Origin: Candidatus Hermodarchaeum yapensis
Lineage (GTDB): Archaea; Asgardarchaeota; Hermodarchaeia; Hermodarchaeales; Hermodarchaeaceae
Assembly (NCBI GenBank): GCA_016840405.1
Contig: JAEOSK010000057.1
Span: 1 to 10,713, forward strand
DNA: 10,713 bases
Reading direction: 5' to 3'
A program made the translations under genes and the position numbers. The notes under the pieces are model-generated. The model did no database searches. It was given only the letters and a program-made list of their open reading frames with translations, and was not told the DNA's origin. Positions 1 to 6,866 of this stretch are shown here, one piece after another; positions within the stretch are counted from its first letter, which is position 1; each line of letters starts with the position of its first letter.

Positions 1-677
1 ATGCGAACTTCGAGTTCGCGAAGGAGAAGCCGATAGCATCGTCCCAGTTCCTTTCGGCTGATGCGGCTGTGGTGGGCGATTTCATCGAGGGTTCGGGGGA
101 CTTGCCGTAGGCGACACGCGGCGTATACGCAGGAGGCAATCATGGCTTCAATACTACGACCACGGATGAGGTGGTGTTCAATAGCCCGACGATAAAGGAT
201 AGCTGCTGCTTCTTTAACTGGACGTGGAACACCAAGTTGGCTGGTCAATCGATCAAGTTCACTCATTGCATACGCTAAGTTGCGGTCAATACTAGAATGA
301 ACTCGAGTTCGAATCTGCCATTTTCGAAGCCGGTAGATTTGAGCCCGCCGGCTAGGAGCCAATTTTTTGCCATAGGCATCACGATTGCGCCAGTCAATCA
401 TAGTGCTAAGGCCTTTGTCGTGGACGGTATAGGTCATGGGGCTGCCAACGCGGCTGCGTTTGTCGCGTTCTTCTGAGGTGAATGCCCGCCATTCGGGTCC
501 CTGATCAACCATATGGGCATCGATTACGAGCCCGCAATTTCGGCAGATGATTTCTCCGCGAGTTGTGTCGCGGATGACTTCTTGTCCGCTGCAATCAGGG
601 CAACGGGTTGCTTGGTGAGCTGCCTCAGGCGGTGCGACTCGTAATTTGTCTTCCACAAAAGGTGTTTCTTCAACCAT
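1..677 (-). CDS. tfb: Transcription initiation factor IIB (TFB), 5' part; runs off the window start
   Basis: Manual translation from ATG at 677: [96 protein letters not shown]...[17 protein letters not shown]...[32 protein letters not shown]. It contains the Zn ribbon (CPDC...CRNCG), the B-reader GPEWRAF and the first cyclin repeat. The frame is open to position 1. Confidence 0.97.
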   Translation of the reverse strand, partial: MVEETPFVEDKLRVAPPEAAHQATRCPDCSGQEVIRDTTRGEIICRNCGLVIDAHMVDQGPEWRAFTSEERDKRSRVGSPMTYTVHDKGLSTMIDWRNRDAYGKKLAPSRRAQIYRLRKWQIRTRVHSSIDRNLAYAMSELDRLTSQLGVPRPVKEAAAILYRRAIEHHLIRGRSIEAMIASCVYAACRLRQVPRTLDEIAHHSRISRKELGRCYRLLLRELEVR

Positions 678-855
678 TACTCTTTCGACCTTCTTTCTCC
701 GATGAAGAGGGGACGGGGGCGGTTAGAGAGTCTGCTCTCTGTTAGAGCGTCGTCCCAGTCCAATGTTGAATGTTAGTTTTTCCATCGCCCGCTGGTTGCG
801 ATGAAAAGTTGTGCTAACTTTGTCTGTGTTTGTGGTATTTTTCCCCGCTTGGAAT

Positions 856-879
856 GGCGAAACCTTTATAAGGTTCGCC
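856..879 (-). promoter_or_regulatory. Putative tfb promoter (BRE/TATA) inside an inverted repeat
   Basis: Plus strand GGCGAAACCT-TTATA-AGGTTCGCC. The minus strand reads GGCGAACC-TTATAAAG, a BRE-like purine stretch plus TATA pointing toward tfb. Confidence 0.55.
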
Positions 880-1050
880 TTTAGAAAACCGCGTCCCAGC
901 CTTTTAAAGCTTTCTTCAATCATATGTGTAACTATACCAATGTTGATGTTATCTTTACACATATTCTTGTAGTACCCGACTAAAATCTGTTTTTTGAACT
1001 GGTTTTCACGAAAGGGCGAAAATGTTTACAAAATCGTGAAATTTTGAGAG

Positions 1051-2043
1051 CTATTTGGTGGTAATTTCTATGCCGTCTTTGGTTACGAGAAAGGTGTGTT
1101 CGGCTTGTGAAACATAGCTACCTTTGATGTCGGCAAGAACACTGTATTGTCGAACTGCTTTTTTGGTAGTGAGTTCTCGCATCCCGAGGGCTAGGCTGAG
1201 TTTGGGTATGTGTTTTGCGACGTAGCGACGACTAAAGGGAAGGGTTTTGAATTCTCGGGCAACGAGTCGGACGATATCGCGGGCCCCTTGGTTGCGGAGA
1301 GGGATTCGAGCGGGATTGAGGCTGAAGATGTAGTATTGGCCTGTTTCGTGAGCACTCCCGGTGCCGGTGGTGGCGAAAGTTTCGAGGGCGTAGGCTTCGC
1401 CTTCTTCTAGAATGGATCCGTGAGGGACGGCGATATTTGGTAGGTTTTTGGAACCGTGGAGGAGGTATTCGTCCAGCTGGTGTCCGCTGAGGTCGCGGAT
1501 AGGGCGGTATCCGAAGCCTTTAATGGTGTCTTCGATGATTTTTCCGAGATCTTTACTGTTGGTTTTGGGTCGAATGAGAAGGAGGGCTTTATCTAACGCT
1601 TCGCGGCTAGCCTCGACCAATTTTTCGAGTTCGGGGTTAAAACTGACAGTTGAAGCGGTGTCTGCGATATAACCATCGATGTGAACACCCATATCCAGTT
1701 TGACGATATCACCTTCTTGGATGAGGGTATCGTCCTCTTCAGGGCTAGTGTAGTGGGCAGCAACCTCGTTTATTGAGATGTTGGTGGGGAACCCAATACC
1801 TCCGCCTAATTCGATAATCCGTGATTCAGCAGCCTCACACAGATCGAAGACTCGGGCACCAACTTTAATTTGGGGGAGGATTTCTTCCCGAACTTGGCTG
1901 GCAATCTTGCCGGCTTTGCGGTATTTTTCCTCAGGTGCTTCTTCTTCCTCTGTTTCTTCTCCTGATTTCGGGGTTTCTTTAGGTTCTTCTTTTTCCTTCT
2001 GCTCCGGTTCAGGTTGTTCTTTTGGTTCATCACGTTTTGCCAT
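1051..2043 (-). CDS. map: Methionine aminopeptidase, type II
   Basis: Motifs FPTNISINEVAAHYT, KLDMGVHIDGYIADTA, GHQL, ALETFAT and SQAEHT give the D,D,H,E,E metal ligands. The type II helical insertion (TLPFSRRY) is present. Confidence 0.97.
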   Translation of the reverse strand: MAKRDEPKEQPEPEQKEKEEPKETPKSGEETEEEEAPEEKYRKAGKIASQVREEILPQIKVGARVFDLCEAAESRIIELGGGIGFPTNISINEVAAHYTSPEEDDTLIQEGDIVKLDMGVHIDGYIADTASTVSFNPELEKLVEASREALDKALLLIRPKTNSKDLGKIIEDTIKGFGYRPIRDLSGHQLDEYLLHGSKNLPNIAVPHGSILEEGEAYALETFATTGTGSAHETGQYYIFSLNPARIPLRNQGARDIVRLVAREFKTLPFSRRYVAKHIPKLSLALGMRELTTKKAVRQYSVLADIKGSYVSQAEHTFLVTKDGIEITTK

Positions 2044-2203
2044 GGTTATCGCAGCCCTGTTGATTAGGTCAGCCAGTTAAAAAGGGGTTCTTTAAGGTTT
2101 ACGTTAACCAATAGCGTGAAACTAAAATTGCTTTAGGTAATTTGCGCAAACACCAGAACAATTTTAGCTTTTCCTCGGCATGTAGCGAACTGAGGTTAAT
2201 AGA

Positions 2204-2578
2204 GTGTCAACCATTGCAAAGAATTTGCAGGAGCTCCTTCGTCAGATGGAGAGTACAACACCTGGGATTGAAGCCAGTGCTGTTGTTACTGCGCAGGGTT
2301 TGCCAATTGTTGCAGCGATGCCACAGACCATTAATGAGGCAATTGTTGCAGCCATGACTGCAGCCCTCTTGGGTGTAGCTGAGCGGGCGTTAACTGAGAT
2401 CCCCCGCGGGAAGCTTATGCAAATTACAGTTGAAGCAGAAAATGGTTATATCATTCTGAAGGGTGCAGGCGAAAATGCAATTCTCACTTCTCTGGTGAAG
2501 AAGAGTGCGAATCTCGGAATGGTCTTCTTGGTAATGAAGCGTTACAGCAGTCAAATTGAGTCGATTCTACAATCATAA
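2204..2578 (+). CDS. Roadblock/LC7 (MglB/LAMTOR-like) domain protein
   Basis: 124 aa with GIEASAVVTAQGLPI, VAAMTAALLGVAERA and QITVEAENGYIIL, typical of the Roadblock fold. GTG start with GAGGT RBS at 2192-2196. Confidence 0.92.
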   Translation: MSTIAKNLQELLRQMESTTPGIEASAVVTAQGLPIVAAMPQTINEAIVAAMTAALLGVAERALTEIPRGKLMQITVEAENGYIILKGAGENAILTSLVKKSANLGMVFLVMKRYSSQIESILQS

Positions 2579-2665
2579 CTCGACTCAGAGATTCTAACAT
2601 ATCTACATTTTGTATGTTGTTCCACGTAGTACCGTCTAATAGGGCAGAAGAGGTGATAGAATTGT

Positions 2666-2734
2666 GGCGGCTCTGGTCCGCCCGTCGGGTCCATCATCTG
2701 GTATCAGGTCCCAATTGCTTTCCTCATTGCCGCC
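2666..2734 (-). ncRNA. Box C/D 2'-O-methylation guide sRNA
   Basis: Minus strand: GGCGGC-A-[C: ATGAGGA 2727-2721]-AAGCAATTGGGAC-[D': CTGA 2707-2704]-TACCAG-[C': ATGATGG 2697-2691]-ACCCGACGGGCGGAC-[D: CAGA 2675-2672]-GCCGCC. It has a 6-bp terminal stem, canonical C-D'-C'-D order and spacing, and lies 21 nt downstream of the tmk stop on the same strand. Confidence 0.85.
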
Positions 2735-2755
2735 GTGATAAAATGGAGTCACAGC

Positions 2756-3355
2756 TTACTTAAGATTTCCGAGAAGGGGTTGTACATACTTTCGTATCTT
2801 GCTTTGCACTTCTTTGATTGAATGCTCAGCATTCACTACCCTAAACCCCGCTTCTTCTGCGCGAGACAAAAAGATTTGACGGACTTTTTCCAGAAAGGCA
2901 GTTCGCTCAAACTTCTCTTTCTCCTTTGATTTTCTTTTTCGACCGAGAGCAACTTGAGGAGAGATATCAAGCAAGATTGTGATATTGGGTGTGAGAGCAA
3001 GTTTGTTTAATTCTCGAACCCATTCCATGTCAAGACCAGATGAAGTTTGATACGCGATGGAAGATTCAACGTAACGATCAGTAATGACGATTTTGCCTTG
3101 ATCGAGAGCGGGTTGAATGCAATTAATTGTATTATCTACGCGATCTGCAGCAAAAAGGAGGGCATCAATTGCTGATGGCACCGAGGAGTCACGTAATACT
3201 TCTCGAATTACCCGTCCAATTCGACCATTAGTGGGTTCATGGGTCTTTACAACTTCGTAACCTTTCGCTGTCAGCCAACTACTGAGAAGTTTTAAGTGAG
3301 TCGTCGTCCCGCTGCCATCAATTCCTTCAAGCGCAATGAATAACCCGTGCCACAT
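2756..3355 (-). CDS. tmk: Thymidylate (dTMP) kinase
   Basis: FIALEGIDGSGTTT P-loop, THEP, ALLFAADR, VITDRYVESSIAYQ and EKFE motifs. ATG at 3355 is preferred; GTG at 3364 is the alternative. Confidence 0.95.
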   Translation of the reverse strand: MWHGLFIALEGIDGSGTTTHLKLLSSWLTAKGYEVVKTHEPTNGRIGRVIREVLRDSSVPSAIDALLFAADRVDNTINCIQPALDQGKIVITDRYVESSIAYQTSSGLDMEWVRELNKLALTPNITILLDISPQVALGRKRKSKEKEKFERTAFLEKVRQIFLSRAEEAGFRVVNAEHSIKEVQSKIRKYVQPLLGNLK

Positions 3356-3396
3356 ATCAATCACATCTGATGCTGATCGTATAATTTAATGTCTCA

Positions 3397-3975
3397 ATGG
3401 AGGGTAAGTCATCAAATAAAAAGGGAATGCTGATGAATGCTTATACTATGAATGTCCAACCATTGTTCGCCTCTTCAGTCTTTTCCATTTTACCTAATTG
3501 TGAAGTATATCAGGTTCTTAATTATGACTATCATGATCCGGAGGGCATTTACAAAGGACTCCTGGAGGATGAGAAGGAGTTTCAACACGAAGTGAAAAAG
3601 ATTCGCTTGAATATGTCTGAATTTCTTGCAGCCGAGAAAGTGTACATCAATGATTATCGTGTTGAACAGAAAATCCTTCATGTGGATATTGGGTTACGAG
3701 GAAGTGCACATGTTCCTTATTTCCAATGGGTAATTCATTTTCAGGGCCCTTTACGCGCCGATGAAAATTCACTGAAAAGCGATGTTGAGGAAGAAATCGC
3801 AGAATATGATATTGAAGTACTATACCTTTTCCCAGCAGGAACCAAAATCAAAGGGGTTCAAACACCGATGGAATATGAAATCCGTGATTTCTTGCTTTTA
3901 GTATGGGCTCGCAAGGGAGATAGAGTGGGTGGACACGAAGAGGTTCTATTTCAGTTTCCGTCAACTTTGGATTAA
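3397..3975 (+). CDS. Archaeal hypothetical protein
   Basis: 192-aa ORF with protein-like composition (QVLNYDYHDPEG, NMSEFLAAEKVYIN, EEEIAEYDIEVLYLFPAGT), resembling uncharacterised archaeal proteins from memory. The true start may be a downstream ATG such as 3448. Its 3' end overlaps the convergent gene by 15 nt. Confidence 0.75.
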   Translation: MEGKSSNKKGMLMNAYTMNVQPLFASSVFSILPNCEVYQVLNYDYHDPEGIYKGLLEDEKEFQHEVKKIRLNMSEFLAAEKVYINDYRVEQKILHVDIGLRGSAHVPYFQWVIHFQGPLRADENSLKSDVEEEIAEYDIEVLYLFPAGTKIKGVQTPMEYEIRDFLLLVWARKGDRVGGHEEVLFQFPSTLD

Positions 3976-4866
3976 CCTACCGCAGGTGTAACAATATTTT
4001 GTCCCAGTCGTGATTTTTGCCTGGCAGTAAGGACATTTATCAAGAGCAGCCTTTGCCTCTTTTTTAACACCCGTTTTGGGTTTCTTAGCGGAAATTGTAG
4101 GAGGTGGAGCAGCACTCCCAAGAAGTGATCTTAACCCCGAAATTATGCTCGTTAATTTGTTGATTTCTTCATCAATGGCTTTGAGCTGTTTGTTTACATC
4201 CCGTTTTGATATCTCGTCGATTCGGGCACGAATTTGCAAAGTTTCCCTATCAAATTCAAGTTGTTGTTTCCGTTCCTCAAGTTGAACTAGCCAATGATTA
4301 GCAGTTTTAATTTTGGTATCAAGTTGCTGGTTGATGTCAGCTAGTTTGCCGTTATATTCAGTTGAGAGCCGTTGGTGAACTATTTCATCAACTTCTCCTG
4401 ATTTTAGAAGCGCTTCTAGTCGTTGAATGCGACCTTCCTGAATCGTCTTTTCTTGTTGAAGCTGTTCAAGGGGAGTTAGGGCTTTGCTTTCTAGTTCTTC
4501 AATTTCCTTTTGAATAGGGTCCAATCTGTTTTTCAACTTGTTGAGTTGGTCTTGTGTTTCTTGGTCAGAGAGTTCACCGACTAGTTGTTTGACCTTCACT
4601 GTTTCTTGCTCTTCATCCAATGCAACCTTCTGTGTTCGGAGGGTTTCTAGTTTTCCTCTCATAATTAGAGCAGCTTCAACTTGTGGAGGGATTGACTCAA
4701 CTTCTCGTGCAGGTTCAGCACTGGGCGATACGGCTACGCTGGGCCGATTTACTTCAGCGGGGGTCACAGCTGCATGACGTTCTTTCAAAAAAACACCACA
4801 ATACGAACAGAATTTGGCATTGGGTTTCAGTTGCCGACCACATTCAGAGCATTGCGGGCTTGACAT
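3961..4866 (-). CDS. Zinc-ribbon protein with CdvA-like coiled coil, with a ribbon at each terminus
   Basis: N-terminal CSECG...KFCSYCG and C-terminal CPYC...KYCYTCG. The central coiled coil has G/D-E-[LVI]-[SD] turns (QLVGELSD, LKSGEVDE, ARIDEISK). ATG at 4866 is preferred over TTG at 4875. Confidence 0.8.
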   Translation of the reverse strand: MSSPQCSECGRQLKPNAKFCSYCGVFLKERHAAVTPAEVNRPSVAVSPSAEPAREVESIPPQVEAALIMRGKLETLRTQKVALDEEQETVKVKQLVGELSDQETQDQLNKLKNRLDPIQKEIEELESKALTPLEQLQQEKTIQEGRIQRLEALLKSGEVDEIVHQRLSTEYNGKLADINQQLDTKIKTANHWLVQLEERKQQLEFDRETLQIRARIDEISKRDVNKQLKAIDEEINKLTSIISGLRSLLGSAAPPPTISAKKPKTGVKKEAKAALDKCPYCQAKITTGTKYCYTCGRLIQS

Positions 4867-4906
4867 TATTCTCAATCCTGTTAGCTATTGTGAAAGAGCA
4901 GTAACG

Positions 4907-4920
4907 GACTTATAAAGTCG
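4907..4920 (-). promoter_or_regulatory. Putative TATA box of the zinc-ribbon/CdvA-like gene
   Basis: Minus strand CGAC-TTTATAAG about 45 nt upstream of ATG 4866. Confidence 0.5.
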
Positions 4921-4941
4921 GGCTTTAGGACGGTTATTCAA

Positions 4942-6231
4942 TTAAATGAATAAATAGATTCCAAGAACGTGTAAGAGAGTCAGGGTTGTTGCAGTAATCA
5001 AAGGTACTGCAAGATTATCATCTAACTGGAGAGGTAGCATTTCTATAATGGCGGCGACGATAGCACAGATTATCGCTGATAAAGGTGAGACAGTTAGGAG
5101 CAGAACACAGAAGGCTAGACTAAATCCGATAAGTGAACCTTCAACGGTTTTTTTGGGATTGTAGGGATAATGATGTCGTCCTAAGTATATTCCGCCTATT
5201 GTTGAGAACGCATCACCAATGAGAAAAGCGATAATGCTGGCTGCTGCGATGAGGGGGAGTTGGAATAGTGTGCCAAATATTAGTAGTGGCAGGGCGACGC
5301 CAACAGCGAAGTACAGTGGAGAAAGAACATAACTATTGATTTCGTCTTCTCTTCCTGCCGCTAATACCATTTTTGAAATGATGGGAATTTGAACACCAAA
5401 ACTTCGTAGGATTTCAGAAAATACGAAGAGGAGTGATAGCCCTCCGATGATGAGATAGATTGTCAAGTGCCAAGAAGGATCCCAGAGCCAAAGAAGAACG
5501 AGGAATACTGCACTGGCGTGGAGTAATTGACGGATAAGTTCTTGACTTAATCGCCGAGGAACGTGGACACGAACGGTGGGAGAAGAAATTGCAGGAAGCA
5601 ATGCTCGCAAATCAGGATTAGTAACCACCACTCGGACATAGCGCCGGACGACTTGATCAGGGCGGAAGCCTACTGCAAGCTGTGCAAATTTGAAGAGGGG
5701 AACGTTATTTCGGTCATTGGCAACGGCGACGAGTTGGTACTTTTTGAGGTTGTGAATTTCAATTAAATCTTCTAACGTTTCGACTTTGGTTTGTCCTCGG
5801 CAATCTAATGCAGCGATGTGTCCAGTAAGTATGTTATTTTCAACCTCAACTCGTATACCACTACCAAAATGGGCACCTAGATTTTTGGCTAGGCGAGCTA
5901 CAGCGAAGTCAGGAATACCTGAGCTAATTAGGACTATGATATGACCTTGATTTCGGAGAATGTCGAAAGTTTCAATGACTCCACGAAGAAGGCGGACTTG
6001 ATCGGTCATCCTAAGAAGCCAGTCTTTAGAAGCGCCTCGGAGTAATCTATAGGCAAATCGCATGAATGAGGCTATCTCCATCATCCGTGCCTCATAGAGT
6101 ATTCCCAACACGCCAAATACGAAGGCTTTGAATAGACTTTGTCTAGCGATTATCTGCGAAAACCAAGATCCGCGAATTAGGACGCCGTCGACATCAAAGG
6201 CAATAAGTCGCCGTTGGGTTGCCTGTGCCAT
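4942..6231 (-). CDS. Fusion of a HAD (SerB-like) phosphatase domain and a CTP-dependent dolichol/phytol-kinase-type membrane domain
   Basis: N-terminal LIAFDVDGVL (motif I), LISSG (II) and TKVE (III). The C-terminal multi-TM domain has ELIRQLLH, IGDAFSTIGG, KKTVEGSLIGF and DDNLAVPL, signatures of the Sec59/VTE5/Dgk1 kinases. Confidence 0.85.
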   Translation of the reverse strand: MAQATQRRLIAFDVDGVLIRGSWFSQIIARQSLFKAFVFGVLGILYEARMMEIASFMRFAYRLLRGASKDWLLRMTDQVRLLRGVIETFDILRNQGHIIVLISSGIPDFAVARLAKNLGAHFGSGIRVEVENNILTGHIAALDCRGQTKVETLEDLIEIHNLKKYQLVAVANDRNNVPLFKFAQLAVGFRPDQVVRRYVRVVVTNPDLRALLPAISSPTVRVHVPRRLSQELIRQLLHASAVFLVLLWLWDPSWHLTIYLIIGGLSLLFVFSEILRSFGVQIPIISKMVLAAGREDEINSYVLSPLYFAVGVALPLLIFGTLFQLPLIAAASIIAFLIGDAFSTIGGIYLGRHHYPYNPKKTVEGSLIGFSLAFCVLLLTVSPLSAIICAIVAAIIEMLPLQLDDNLAVPLITATTLTLLHVLGIYLFI

Positions 6232-6293
6232 AATACCTTCTACAATGTGTCTGTCCTTTTATCAGTAGCTCAGAATTGTCTCAAAAACCAAGC

Positions 6294-6305
6294 CCTTCTA
6301 GAAGG
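6294..6305. promoter_or_regulatory. Perfect 12-bp palindrome, a candidate operator in the divergent promoter region
   Basis: CCTTCTAGAAGG lies just upstream of the BRE/TATA-like CAACAAAG-TTTTAC (6307-6320) of the Fe-S/AOR operon. Confidence 0.35.
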
Positions 6306-6368
6306 ACAACAAAGTTTTACGGTGTCAAAGAGTAATTGAAGACCCAGTCTGAGAAGAGGTGCAAGTAA

Positions 6369-6866
6369 ATGCGACGTTTCTTGTATGCTGATCCAACCGT
6401 TTGCGTAGGCTGTCGTATCTGTGAAGCGGTTTGTAGTTTCCATTGGGAAAAAACCCTTAACCCGAAAAAAGCTCGAATTCGCGTTCGTCGAGTAGATCCA
6501 GGATTAGATGTCGTGGTTGCTTGTCGTAATTGTGAACACCCATGGTGTGTGGAAGCATGTCCTGAAGAAGCCCTTCAGAAGAATAAGCAAGGAATTGTTG
6601 TCGTAAAATCGAAGAAATGTAGAGGATGTGGGGCGTGTGTGGAAGCGTGCCCCTTTGGAGCAATTTTCTTACATCCTGAGACCCAAAAATCCATCAAGTG
6701 TGTTGCATGCGGTTTTTGCACGACGTATTGTCCCGTGAATACTTTACGGATTACCACCGAAGAAGAATTGGCAGCATTAAAACAACAGAAGGTTATCCAG
6801 CACGAGTGTGGAAATCTACTCGAAGAGCTTCGAGTAGAACGAGAGGAAAAGGGAGGCGAGGAATAA
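6369..6866 (+). CDS. 4x[4Fe-4S] electron-transfer subunit (DmsB/FdhB-like) of the AOR-family enzyme
   Basis: CVGCRICEAVC, CRNCEHPWCVEACP, CRGCGACVEACP and CVACGFCTTYCP. GAGGTG RBS at 6356-6361. The stop overlaps the next start (TAATG). Confidence 0.95.
   Translation: MRRFLYADPTVCVGCRICEAVCSFHWEKTLNPKKARIRVRRVDPGLDVVVACRNCEHPWCVEACPEEALQKNKQGIVVVKSKKCRGCGACVEACPFGAIFLHPETQKSIKCVACGFCTTYCPVNTLRITTEEELAALKQQKVIQHECGNLLEELRVEREEKGGEE

Noticed and set aside
723-962. 79-aa ORF upstream of tfb as Gar1 or another real protein
   Set aside because: It has no Gar1-like motif and overlaps the putative promoter and leader hairpins, so it is probably spurious.
6698-6865. N-terminal extension of AOR given by the ORF track
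   Set aside because: It overlaps the Fe-S gene out of frame. AOR homology begins at ATG 6866, coupled by TAATG.
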